Assembly: GCA_913030945.1 (NCBI GenBank)
Contig: CAJWEP010000003.1
Location: 1 to 48,053, forward strand
From: an uncultured Verrucomicrobiota bacterium
Lineage (GTDB): Bacteria > Verrucomicrobiota > Verrucomicrobiia > Limisphaerales > UBA1096
Length of the DNA: 48,053 nucleotides
Reading direction: 5' to 3'
The notes under the pieces are model-generated. The model saw only the letters and a list, made by a program, of their open reading frames with translations, had not been told where the DNA came from and did not search any database. A program made the position numbers and the translations under genes. This document shows, in pieces, positions 29,987 through 39,229 of the stretch (its first letter is position 1; each line of letters starts with the position of its first letter).

Positions 29987-30255
29987 GGGCGAATCTCGTT
30001 TTTCTTCTGCTCGAGTTCCTCCTCGAGCACCTTCCGCTCGCTGGCCAACTGCTTGTTCAACTGCTCGACCTGCTCGATTTCGCCAGCCGCCTCGGCCTTC
30101 TCGATCTCACCGTTGAGGAACACCTCGCGGTCTGCGATCTTCGCCTCGTACACCTTGCTAATCTCGGCCAGCTTGGTCTTCAACTCATCACTCAATTCCT
30201 GGGTTGGAGACTCCTTTTCCAACCGTTCCATCGCCAGTTCGTATGCTGATTTCAT
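29983..30255 (-). CDS. Small coiled-coil hypothetical protein (MKSAYELAMERL type)
   Basis: Acidic helical ORF with typical codon usage; ATG 30255. Confidence 0.75.
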   Translation of the reverse strand: MKSAYELAMERLEKESPTQELSDELKTKLAEISKVYEAKIADREVFLNGEIEKAEAAGEIEQVEQLNKQLASERKVLEEELEQKKNEIRP

Positions 30256-30287
30256 TTTAAACTTATTAGGGAAGTTGGACGAATCCA

Positions 30288-30758
30288 TCACCCATCTCGG
30301 CCGCCCTCCGCTTGGCCTTTGTTACGATTCTTCCGCCACGGCATGTCCGGGAACTTGCCCGGCAGCTTAAACGACTCCGCTTTGGGCTTGGCCATTTGCA
30401 GTTCGTCATCGCCAGCGGCGCTTAAGGCCGCGTCCGCGCCGGGTTGTTTCCACGAAGCGATCTTCGACTGGAGCCCATGATGCTCGGCCGCCTCCTTGTT
30501 GCCTGTTTTCATGTAAAACAGCGAAAGGTTCGTGTGAACCAACTGGTCGTTGGGGCACAGTTTCTCGGCCTTGTGCCCTTCCTCAATCGCCCGCTCGTAT
30601 TGCTTCAGTCGGCACAACGCCATGCTGAGCGACATGCGGGCGTCGAAATAGTTTCTGTCCGCCGCGAGGATCGCCTCGAAGCCGTCGACCGCCTGCTCGT
30701 ACTCGCCTTGACTGAAGGCGAACGTGGCCTCATCAAATTGTTCCTGCAACTCGTCCAT
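30288..30758 (-). CDS. Tetratricopeptide repeat protein
   Basis: TPR-like helices (GEYEQAV, AIEEG..A..L.PND..VHTNLS); ATG 30758. Confidence 0.8.
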   Translation of the reverse strand: MDELQEQFDEATFAFSQGEYEQAVDGFEAILAADRNYFDARMSLSMALCRLKQYERAIEEGHKAEKLCPNDQLVHTNLSLFYMKTGNKEAAEHHGLQSKIASWKQPGADAALSAAGDDELQMAKPKAESFKLPGKFPDMPWRKNRNKGQAEGGRDG

Positions 30759-30826
30759 TGAAACCAGGCGCTTGGCCAACCTAACGGCGCCGGTGTCATG
30801 CGGCAAGCGCTTGACCAAGCGCAAAC

Positions 30827-30858
30827 AAAAAAAAGCCCCGGCAGCAACCCGCCGGGAC
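30827..30858 (-). terminator. Rho-independent terminator of the cytochrome c/LRR gene
   Basis: Minus strand: CCCGGC-GGGTTGCT-GCCGGG stem-loop followed by an 8-T tract, just after stop 30882. Confidence 0.8.
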
Positions 30859-30881
30859 CTCGAGAAAAATCGTTTACCTGT

Positions 30882-32213
30882 TTATTTTTTTACCTTGGCA
30901 ATGTGCTTGGCCGGTTCCTTGGTAAAGTCGCCAAGGCAGTTGTCGCAGCAGAAACCGATCACGAATTTCTTGGATGCATCGATGTCCTTGCCGCTGATCG
31001 GGCACTTATTATTGCCCGGCCCCTTGATTTTGGCGATGTGCTTGGCCGGTTCCTTGGTAAAGTCCCCGAGACAGTTGTCACAGCAGAAGTTAATGGCGAA
31101 GAGCTTGGCCGGATCGACGGCCTTGCCGCTGACCGGGCATTTCTTGTTGAAGCTGACCTGCTTCGCTTCCTCTTTCTTTACTTTCTTTTTTTCAGGTTTG
31201 GGCTCTTCTTTTTTGGGTTTGGGAGCTTCCTTCTTCTCCTCTTTCTTAGGCTCGACCTTGGCAAGTTTGAAGCCGAGGTTGACATCTATGTTAGGCAACG
31301 CCTTCTTCAGCTCAGCTGCACCTTTCTCGGTCACACCGCTTTGCCAGGCATAAAGCTTGTACAGGAATTTCATGTCCTTGAGGCTGGCCAAGCCGGCGTC
31401 GGTAACCTTGGTGTTGTAGAGGTTAAGCGACATCAGGTTAGTGAGCCCCTCGATCTGTTTCAGCGCCGCGTCATCGACCGATGTGTTGGCCAGGCTCAGC
31501 TTGGTCAAGTTCGTATTACCCTTGATGTAACCCAGACCTTTGGCGGTAATTTTCGTATTAGCCAAATCCAACTCGGACAGATTTGTGATGTCAGCCAGAG
31601 GAACGATGTTGTCATCATTGACATTTTTCCCGACCAAGCGGAAGTTGGCATAAATAAGTTTGGTGTTTTGCGCCAGTGCCATTACCAGTGGAGCAGAGGA
31701 TTTGTCCCCGATCCCCTCGCCGGAACTGAGCTTGGCGATGGCAGCCTTCTCAGCATCGGAAACGGGCGCCTCCTTGATTTTCGGCTCTGGCAACCTGTTG
31801 GCGGCAGCCTTGGCAGCAGCCCGATCCTTGGCGCTGATTAACACCAATCCTTCCGGCCAGTTAGCGCCCTCATCGATCCACTTCTTAATGGTTTCAATCT
31901 GCTCCTTGGTCAAAGGATCACCCTTGGACGGCATAATGTCGTCGTGATCTGCCGGAAGCGAAATGTGCTTGTAGATTCCACTCTCGGCGGATTTGCCTGG
32001 AACCAAGACTGGTTCCTCGCTTTCACCTCCCTTCAAGGTGGCCTCAAGAGTGTCCATCCGAAGTTCACCTTTCGGCTTTTTCAGACCATGACACTCGACG
32101 CAACGCGCCTCAAAAATACTTTGGATCGATTTAACAAAATCAACCTTATCCTCCGCCCAGCCATCCAGGGCAAAGGCGCCAACAGAAAGAATTATTGCAA
32201 TTGTTTTTCTCAT
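30882..32213 (-). CDS. Exported protein: planctomycete-type cytochrome c + LRR + Lys/Glu/Pro linker + two YHS/TRASH-like Cys repeats
   Basis: Signal peptide, VDF..I...CVECHG...MP...WIDEGA, LRRs (LxxLxLxNTxITD), two CP(V/I)SGK...FCCDNC repeats. Confidence 0.85.
   Translation of the reverse strand: MRKTIAIILSVGAFALDGWAEDKVDFVKSIQSIFEARCVECHGLKKPKGELRMDTLEATLKGGESEEPVLVPGKSAESGIYKHISLPADHDDIMPSKGDPLTKEQIETIKKWIDEGANWPEGLVLISAKDRAAAKAAANRLPEPKIKEAPVSDAEKAAIAKLSSGEGIGDKSSAPLVMALAQNTKLIYANFRLVGKNVNDDNIVPLADITNLSELDLANTKITAKGLGYIKGNTNLTKLSLANTSVDDAALKQIEGLTNLMSLNLYNTKVTDAGLASLKDMKFLYKLYAWQSGVTEKGAAELKKALPNIDVNLGFKLAKVEPKKEEKKEAPKPKKEEPKPEKKKVKKEEAKQVSFNKKCPVSGKAVDPAKLFAINFCCDNCLGDFTKEPAKHIAKIKGPGNNKCPISGKDIDASKKFVIGFCCDNCLGDFTKEPAKHIAKVKK
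30895..31150. repeat. 135-bp-period tandem duplication encoding the two Cys repeats
   Basis: ATGTGCTTGGCCGGTTCCTTGGTAAAGTC at 30901 and 31036. Confidence 0.9.
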
Positions 32214-32280
32214 TTTCGCGTGAATCCAGACGCAGATTATCCACGATGTATTTATCGATGGCAACCGGAAAATTGCGCTT

Positions 32281-32743
32281 TATTATAACAGAAAATGTCC
32301 TCTTTGGGACTCGTGACCAGGCCAAGGGAACTCAACGAAGTCTTGAGTTCGAAGAGTCCCTAGTGGTGCAGAGAGACTGGACAGCGAAGGGACAGAACAA
32401 CCGCTATCAACTGGATCGATGACACGAAAGCCTGAGCTTGTTGGACAAAACGATCATCGTGCGGTTCTTACGCGATGAAAGCCTGCAGATGGTTTATCAG
32501 GGCAGGAAACTCAAATGGCAGCAGTTGCCCGAAGAAGCGCCGCAAGTCAAAGACGCAGAGAAACAGCCGAGCCCCACAAAACGCCAGATCCTGGGCAGAG
32601 CCGGCGCGAACAGCCCATGGAGAAAGAAGAAACAGCATAGAGCGAAGGCGCGTAAGCCTGTTGCCCCTCCACCCCCCTCATGCGACACATCGCGATCACG
32701 CTCCTGATCCCCGTCCATGAGGATATTTAAGAAAGTTTTGACA
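32281..32743 (+). mobile_element. Internally deleted, decayed IS1202/ISNCY-like insertion sequence
   Basis: In-frame transposase C-terminal fragment (VVQRDWT...YQLDR*HESLSL...VRFLRD...YQGRKLKW...SPWR) with a TGA at 32420; degenerate inverted ends TATTATAACAGAAAATGTCCTC / GAGGATATTTAAGAAAGTTTTGACA. Confidence 0.65.
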
Positions 32744-32764
32744 CCCGCTTGGCCAAACGCCCGG

Positions 32765-33754
32765 TCACCTCGCGGAAATCTCGAGCATACGCTCGATCGG
32801 CTGCCGGGCGCGTTCGATGATGTCGCCGGGAAGCGTCAGCTCCGGGGAACGGTTGGCCATGCAGTCGTGCAGTTTTTCGAGCGTGTTCATTTTCATGAAG
32901 CGGCACTCGTTGCAGGCGCATTTATCAGTCGGCGCGGGGATGAACTGTTTCTCGGGGCATTCCTTCTGCAAGCGATGCAGCATGCCGAGCTCGGTGGCGA
33001 TGATCACCGCCTTGGCCCGTGAGTCGCGGCAGAAGTGAACCATTTTCTCAGTGGAGCAAACCTCGTCGGCGAGCATGCGCACGGCCTTGGTGCACTCGGG
33101 ATGCGCCACCAGCGGCGCGTCGGGGTGCTCTCGGCGAATCCGCGTGATGCTCTCGTGCGTCCACTCGACGTGCACGTAACAATCGCCCTGCCACATCGTC
33201 ATGGGCCGGCCGGTCTGCTCGGTCACCCACGAGCCGAGATTCTCATCCGGCACAAACAACAAATCGCGATCCGCCGGCGCGGCCTCGACGATTTTCTTCG
33301 CGTTGCCGCTGGTGCAGATCACGTCGCTCAGCGCCTTGACCTCCGCACTACAGTTGACGTAGGCGATGGTGTAAAAGTTGGGGTTCGTCGCCTGCAACTC
33401 GCGCAGCTTGTCCGGCGGACAGCTCTCCTCGAGCGAACAGCCGGCGTCGCGATCCGGCAGCAGCACGGTTTTTTTCGGCGACAGAATCTTCGCCGTCTCG
33501 GCCATGAAATGTACACCGCAAAACACGATGACCGCCGCATCGGTTTCGGCCGCCTGTCGCGAGAGGCCCAGCGAGTCACCCACGTAGTCCGCCAAGTCTT
33601 GAATCTCCGGCACTTGGTAATTGTGCGCGAGGATCACGGCGTTGAGATCCTCCTTGAGCTGGAGAATCTCCCGGGAAAGCACGTCAAGCTGCTCCGGCGG
33701 GGTCCGCCGCTCCACGCGGAAACCGGCGACGGCGCTCGGCTGGATCTCGGTCAT
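32765..33754 (-). CDS. nadA: Quinolinate synthase
   Basis: ILAHNYQ, GDSL, FCGVHFMAE, YVNCSAEVKA, CTSGNA, HPEC. Confidence 0.96.
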   Translation of the reverse strand: MTEIQPSAVAGFRVERRTPPEQLDVLSREILQLKEDLNAVILAHNYQVPEIQDLADYVGDSLGLSRQAAETDAAVIVFCGVHFMAETAKILSPKKTVLLPDRDAGCSLEESCPPDKLRELQATNPNFYTIAYVNCSAEVKALSDVICTSGNAKKIVEAAPADRDLLFVPDENLGSWVTEQTGRPMTMWQGDCYVHVEWTHESITRIRREHPDAPLVAHPECTKAVRMLADEVCSTEKMVHFCRDSRAKAVIIATELGMLHRLQKECPEKQFIPAPTDKCACNECRFMKMNTLEKLHDCMANRSPELTLPGDIIERARQPIERMLEISAR

Positions 33755-33845
33755 GTCGATCACGGCAGAAACGGTACGGCTATCGCTGGGCCGGGTCAAC
33801 CGGGGCTTGCCTCGATTGGCCAAGCGGGTATTTTCCCGTAGCAAC

Positions 33846-35123
33846 ATGAGCACACAAATCACCCGCCGCCGTTTCGTCCAGCAAAGCGCGTTTACCCTCC
33901 TCGCTGCCGGAAGCGCGCGGACCTATGCCGCCAACGAGAAGCTCGACATCGGCATCGTTGGCGTGGCCAACCGGGCCAAGGCCAACCTCAACGGTGTCGC
34001 TGGCGAAAACATCGTCGCGCTGTGCGACGTGGACAGCAACTTCCTCGCTCGCGAGGCCGGGCGCTTCCCGCGGGCGCACCAGTACGCCGATTTCCGCCGG
34101 ATGATCGGGCGCGAAAAGCTCGACGCGCTCGTCGTAAGCACGCCGGACCACACCCACGCCGTCGCCACCACCGCCGGCCTGCACAATGGCCTGCACGTTT
34201 ACTGCGAAAAACCGCTGACGCGCACCGTCTCCGAGTGCCGCGCCGTCACCGAACTAGCCCGGCGCAACAAGCTCGTCACGCAAATGGGCACACAAATCCA
34301 CGCCGAAGATAATTACCGTCGGGTTGTCGAGTTGCTGCGCGCCGGGGCAATCGGCACGGTGAAGGAAGTACACGTCTGGGTCGGCGGAAATTTCGGCGGT
34401 GGCTCCCGTGGAACCGGGAAACACAGAGTACCGGCCAATCTCAATTACAACCTCTGGCTGGGGCCGACTCGCTATCACATCCCGTATCACCCAACGCATC
34501 ATCCGTTCAAGTGGCGGCAGTGGTGGAACTTCGCCGGGGGCACGCTCGCCGACATGGGCTGCCACCACATCGACCTGAGCCACTGGGCGCTTGGCCTGCG
34601 GCACCCCAACCGGATCGAGGTCGTCAAGGGACCCAAGCCAGACGCCGAGGCCACGCCGTATTCGCTCGTGGTTGATTTCCATTACAAAGCACACGGCAAA
34701 CAACCCGCCACCAAGCTGCGCTGGTATCATGGCAATCACCGCCCGCCACACTTTGCCAATGGGCTACTCCCCGAGTGGGGCAACGGCAGCCTGTTCGTCG
34801 GCAGCAAGGGCATGCTGCTCGCCGACTACGGCAAACACGTGCTGCTGCCGGAAAAGGAATTCAAGGATTACGAGCGACCCAAGCCCAGCATCCCCCGCTC
34901 GCTTGGCCATCACCGAGAATGGATTCACGCCATCAAGACCGGCGGCACCACGACCTGCCACTTCGACTACGCCGGACCACTGACCGAGGTGGTGCTGCTC
35001 GGCAACATCGCCCACCGCACCGGCGCGCCCCTCGAGTGGGAACACGTGAAAATGAAACTCACCGGCCACCCGAAGGCCGCCGAGCTCATGCGGCACCTCT
35101 ATCGCGCCGGCTGGCACCTTTGA
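33846..35123 (+). CDS. Tat-exported Gfo/Idh/MocA oxidoreductase
   Basis: TRRRFV Tat motif, STPDHTH, YCEKP, DMGCH. Confidence 0.92.
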   Translation: MSTQITRRRFVQQSAFTLLAAGSARTYAANEKLDIGIVGVANRAKANLNGVAGENIVALCDVDSNFLAREAGRFPRAHQYADFRRMIGREKLDALVVSTPDHTHAVATTAGLHNGLHVYCEKPLTRTVSECRAVTELARRNKLVTQMGTQIHAEDNYRRVVELLRAGAIGTVKEVHVWVGGNFGGGSRGTGKHRVPANLNYNLWLGPTRYHIPYHPTHHPFKWRQWWNFAGGTLADMGCHHIDLSHWALGLRHPNRIEVVKGPKPDAEATPYSLVVDFHYKAHGKQPATKLRWYHGNHRPPHFANGLLPEWGNGSLFVGSKGMLLADYGKHVLLPEKEFKDYERPKPSIPRSLGHHREWIHAIKTGGTTTCHFDYAGPLTEVVLLGNIAHRTGAPLEWEHVKMKLTGHPKAAELMRHLYRAGWHL

Positions 35124-35187
35124 CCGGCGCTTGGCCAAGCGCACGAAAGACTGGCCAAGCCGGCCAGCCGCATGCTAGATTTCTGCC

Positions 35188-35748
35188 ATGCCAATCGACC
35201 AAGTAATCAAGGAAACCGAGGAAAAGATGGCCAAGTCCGAGGCGGCCATGATGCACGAGTTCGAGGGAGTCCGCACCGGCAAAGCCAACCCGGCGCTGGT
35301 GGAGAACCTCATGGTGGACGCCTACGGCTCGACCATGCGCCTCCGTGACATGGCCGGCATCACCGCCCCTGAGACACGAATGATCCTCATCCAGCCATGG
35401 GACGCCGGCACGGCGGAGGCCATCGCCAAGGCCATCCAGGCTGCCAACCTCGGCCTCAACCCGGCCATCGACGGCAAGGTCATCCGCCTCGTCCTGCCGG
35501 AGCTCAGCCAGGAACGCCGCGAGGAACTGGTCAAGGTGGCCAGAAAGATCACAGAGGATGGCCGGGTGGCGGTGCGTCATGTCCGCCGCGATGCCAAGGA
35601 TGGCCTGAAGAAATCAGCCAAGGAAGTCGGCGTCTCCGAGGATGAAATCAAGGGTGCGGAAAAACAGGTGCAAAAACTGACCGACGACTTCATCAAAAAA
35701 CTCGACGGACACCTCGCTGACAAGGAAAAGGAAATCCTGACGGTGTAA
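35188..35748 (+). CDS. frr: Ribosome recycling factor
   Basis: VRTGKANP, IQPWD, LGLNP, ERREELVK, KEKEIL. Confidence 0.97.
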   Translation: MPIDQVIKETEEKMAKSEAAMMHEFEGVRTGKANPALVENLMVDAYGSTMRLRDMAGITAPETRMILIQPWDAGTAEAIAKAIQAANLGLNPAIDGKVIRLVLPELSQERREELVKVARKITEDGRVAVRHVRRDAKDGLKKSAKEVGVSEDEIKGAEKQVQKLTDDFIKKLDGHLADKEKEILTV

Positions 35749-35774
35749 GGGGTCGATACTCCGAATTTCAGACC

Positions 35775-35960
35775 TCACTTTGCCCGGTTCCGGCAAGTTC
35801 GCAAACGACTCCCTCTCACGGCCTCGAGTGAGCGAATGGACTCCTGGAGCCGTTGGGCATTCGCAGGGACTCGCAGGAGATAAGCCGTCTCTTCAACAGC
35901 CACCTCATTCTCAAGAAAACTTACGTCCACTGGCTGTTTTTCTTTTCCACTGATATTCAT
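35775..35960 (-). pseudogene. YefM/Phd antitoxin remnant
   Basis: EETAYLLRVPANAQRLQESI matches the YefM C-terminal toxin-binding segment; the N-terminal DNA-binding part and a YoeB toxin are absent. Confidence 0.65.
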
Positions 35961-38900
35961 TTTGCTACAGCTACTTTGTTCGCCTCCCGATTTGTCGGGG
36001 TGAATTTGTGGATCAGCTTGCCGGTGTTGACGTTCCAGAGCCGGAGGATGCCGTCGAAGCCCCCGCCGACAGCCAACCTACCGTCCGGTGTCACGTCGCT
36101 GGTGTGCATGTAGGCACTAGTGTCCGGCAGGCGGCGCACCTCGCCACCGTCCTCTTTCACAACTTTCACGACATGATCACCGGCTGAGACGACTGCCTGC
36201 GTGCCGATGCCAAGGAAGTGCACCGAGGTGACTTCTTTGTCGAATCCGCTGAATGATTTCTTTTGTTCGCCGTTTAATAGGTTCCAGATTTTCACCGCCT
36301 TGTCGGCGCCGACGGTGGCCAGCACGCGGCCGTTTTGCTGCCAACTCACACCCAGCACGTGGCCGGTGTGCCCTTCGAGCGCCCGGAGTTCCCTGCCCCG
36401 GCTGGTCTCGAACACACGAGCAAAGCGGTCGGTGCCGCCCGTGGCCAAGCGACTGCCGCTCGGAGAGAAGGCCAGCGAGCAGACCGTGTCGCTGTGTGCC
36501 ATGGGGATTCGCAATTCCTCGGAGCCGTCCTCCATGCTCCAGATGAAAATCTCCCCGCCGCGCGACGGGAATCCGCCGCCGGTGGCGAGCCATTGGCCGT
36601 CGGGGCTAAAGTCTAGTGCGATCACACGGTCCTCGAACGGCGATTCATCGTTGCCGCCGATGGATCGTGCCAAAGCCCACATCGGCTCGACGGCGAGCAT
36701 CAACATCTCCGGAGAATCGCCGGTCAATGCCAACCGCCCGTTGCTCAACGGCTGCATAAACCGTGCCGACCGAGCGGACGAGTCAACGGCATGCGAACGG
36801 ATGCCGGTGGCGCTGGCCCAAGCCTGAACCCGCCCATCGACGGACAGCGTGTAAACCAGCAATCCGTCGTCCGAGTATGTAGTATCGATCCAATCCTGCA
36901 TCCCCGCGGCCGCCACCGACTTGGCCTCGGCGAGCGCTGCTTCGTGCCGGACGGGCAGTTTGTCGGCTTCGGCCTGCGCTGCCCTGGTTTGCTCCAGGTT
37001 CGCCTCGGCAGTTTGGATGTTTTTGCTGGTGAACCCAACTTCCGACTTGGCCAAGTCAACCTCACGCTTGGCTTTCTTGATCGCATTGCCGGCATCGGCT
37101 GTTTTTTTATCGAGCGCTTTTTTCTCCTCCGGCGTTTTCTTTTTGCGTTCCTCGAGTGCGGCCAGGGCTTTCACTTTTCCTTCGAACTCCTCCTGTGCCG
37201 GCTTCACTTTGGCCTCGGCCGAGGCGAACGAGCGGGCAGCAGCTTGTGCCCCGGTTTCCGTCTTGGCCAGTTGCTGCCTGGCCGGGGCGAACCGGTCGAG
37301 CGCAGACTCGAATTGGTCGGCCTTGCGCTTGGCCAAGGCAGCGGCGACATCGGCCTGCATGGCCAACGCCTCGTCTCCCTTGGCCTTGTCGGCCGAGGTG
37401 CGCACGTCTGCGGCCAGCTGCCGGGCGTTCTGAGCAGCCGAGCCAAGTTCCATCAACTCGGCGGTCAGTTTCGCTTTGACGGTGGCGGCTTGGGCCTTGG
37501 CCTCGCGGGCCTTGGCCAGGGCATCCTTGGATTCGGCGGTCCGCGCCTGCGCCGCCTTCAACGCTGCGTCGGCACCGGACTTGGCTTTTGTCGCGGTCTC
37601 GATTTTTTTCGGCAGTGCGGCGATTTCGTCGGTCAGTTTTTTCAGGCTGGCTTCGCTGTCATTTTTCTCCTTGGTTTTGTCGGCCACGGTTTTTTCATGC
37701 TTGGCCAAGGCCTCTGTCGCCTTCTTCGCGGCTTCCCTGTCCTTTTTGAGTTCCTTCTCTTTGCTCTCGACGTTGGCCTTGTGGTAGCCGGTCTCGGCCT
37801 TCACAAATGCCAGCGCCTGCTCTGCCCGTGCCACCGACTCGGCGGCGAGCGGGTTGCCTTCCAGTTGGGCTGTCATCGCCCACTTGTTTGTTGACCAAAG
37901 TTTCGCCGTCGGCCCTCCGAGGGTGGCGAGTTGTTCGCCGTCGGCCCGAATCCGTAGTCCGGTTACAGGCGCGCCGTGGTCGAGTGCCCCGATCTGCCTG
38001 CCGTCCTCGACACTCAGGACCATCACCGTGTTGTCGGCACGGCCGGCAAGCACTGTGTCTCCCCCCGGCAATGCCGCCAGCGCGGTGATGTCACCGCCCG
38101 GTTTCCATTCGTGCACATCTTGTCCGGGGTTGATCGCAGCCCAGATTTTGATAATGCCGCCGGGATGCGCTGACACGAGCTGTTCGTCGTCCAGCCAAAC
38201 GACGGCTTGGACCGCCGGTGGCGATGATTCGCGCGTGACGCGCTCCCCGGTCACTGTTTCCCAGACACGCACTTTTCCATCGGTAAACGACACGGCGACC
38301 CGGTTGCCGTTGGGCGACACGGCCAATTGTCCGGCTGCCTGGCCCGGGACTTGGTCGCTCCAGAGCGGCATCATGCTTTGCAGATTGATCGCCTGGACTG
38401 CCCCGGCCGAGCCGGCAACGAGCACACGCCCCCGGCCAGGAGCGGCGCCGAATGCTGTGACTGACTCGCCGCCGGACAGCAAGGTCAGCGGGCGGGCCGC
38501 CGACGCCGTTTGCCGCCGCCAAAGCTTGGCCACGCGATAACCTCCCGAAGCCAGCATTTGGCCGTCGGGGCTGAACGCGAGCGACTGCACGACATCCCGA
38601 TGCGCCACGGCGACCGCGGCGGGGTTACCCTTGGCCAAGGCAGGATCGAAAAGCCGGGCGGCAAGGCGGCGGGTCGGCAAGTGGTAGACAAACACCTGAT
38701 TGCCACGGCCACAGGCGGCGTACTGGCCGTCCGGCGAAATGGCAGCGGTGTAAATCGGCTTAAGGGCGAAAGGAAGCGGACGCCAGTTCAATTCCTGCGT
38801 CACCCGTGGCACTTCGCCCTTGGCACCTTCATCGATCCAAAGCTTGAGGAGGCCAAGCTGGTGGGGCGTAAGCTTGCCGGCGCTGACCTTGTTACGCCGC

Positions 38901-39229
38901 GGCGGCATGAACGGTTTCTCGATCTGCCGGGTGTGGGCCATCAACAGGCTCTTGTTGGCGTCCCCCGGCACGACCATCTGGCCGTTTTCGCCGCCCTTGG
39001 CGATGGTTGCGGGTGTCTCGAGGTTCAGTTCTCCCTCGGCATCCCGGGTGTTGTGGCAGGCGAGGCAGTTTTTGCGCAGGATCGGCAGAATCTCGCGGGC
39101 GAAATCGACCGGCTTATCGCGACTCAAGTCGGTGACATCAAGCCCGGCCGGCGGCTCTGCTACAAGGAGGGGCGGCGCGGCCAGAACCAGGCTTCCGGCC
39201 ATCATCGTGCTCAGGATTGCGTACTTCAT
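35957..39229 (-). CDS. Exported planctomycete-type cytochrome c + WD40 repeat protein with central coiled coil
   Basis: Signal peptide, CLACH, MPP...WIDEGA, many FSPDG/WD repeats, Ala/Lys-rich helical insert. Confidence 0.88.
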   Translation of the reverse strand: MKYAILSTMMAGSLVLAAPPLLVAEPPAGLDVTDLSRDKPVDFAREILPILRKNCLACHNTRDAEGELNLETPATIAKGGENGQMVVPGDANKSLLMAHTRQIEKPFMPPRRNKVSAGKLTPHQLGLLKLWIDEGAKGEVPRVTQELNWRPLPFALKPIYTAAISPDGQYAACGRGNQVFVYHLPTRRLAARLFDPALAKGNPAAVAVAHRDVVQSLAFSPDGQMLASGGYRVAKLWRRQTASAARPLTLLSGGESVTAFGAAPGRGRVLVAGSAGAVQAINLQSMMPLWSDQVPGQAAGQLAVSPNGNRVAVSFTDGKVRVWETVTGERVTRESSPPAVQAVVWLDDEQLVSAHPGGIIKIWAAINPGQDVHEWKPGGDITALAALPGGDTVLAGRADNTVMVLSVEDGRQIGALDHGAPVTGLRIRADGEQLATLGGPTAKLWSTNKWAMTAQLEGNPLAAESVARAEQALAFVKAETGYHKANVESKEKELKKDREAAKKATEALAKHEKTVADKTKEKNDSEASLKKLTDEIAALPKKIETATKAKSGADAALKAAQARTAESKDALAKAREAKAQAATVKAKLTAELMELGSAAQNARQLAADVRTSADKAKGDEALAMQADVAAALAKRKADQFESALDRFAPARQQLAKTETGAQAAARSFASAEAKVKPAQEEFEGKVKALAALEERKKKTPEEKKALDKKTADAGNAIKKAKREVDLAKSEVGFTSKNIQTAEANLEQTRAAQAEADKLPVRHEAALAEAKSVAAAGMQDWIDTTYSDDGLLVYTLSVDGRVQAWASATGIRSHAVDSSARSARFMQPLSNGRLALTGDSPEMLMLAVEPMWALARSIGGNDESPFEDRVIALDFSPDGQWLATGGGFPSRGGEIFIWSMEDGSEELRIPMAHSDTVCSLAFSPSGSRLATGGTDRFARVFETSRGRELRALEGHTGHVLGVSWQQNGRVLATVGADKAVKIWNLLNGEQKKSFSGFDKEVTSVHFLGIGTQAVVSAGDHVVKVVKEDGGEVRRLPDTSAYMHTSDVTPDGRLAVGGGFDGILRLWNVNTGKLIHKFTPTNREANKVAVAK

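Noticed and set aside
32270-32300. dif/XerCD site beside the IS remnant
   Set aside because: Only weak resemblance to a XerC arm; no XerD arm (TTATGTTAAAT) at the correct spacing
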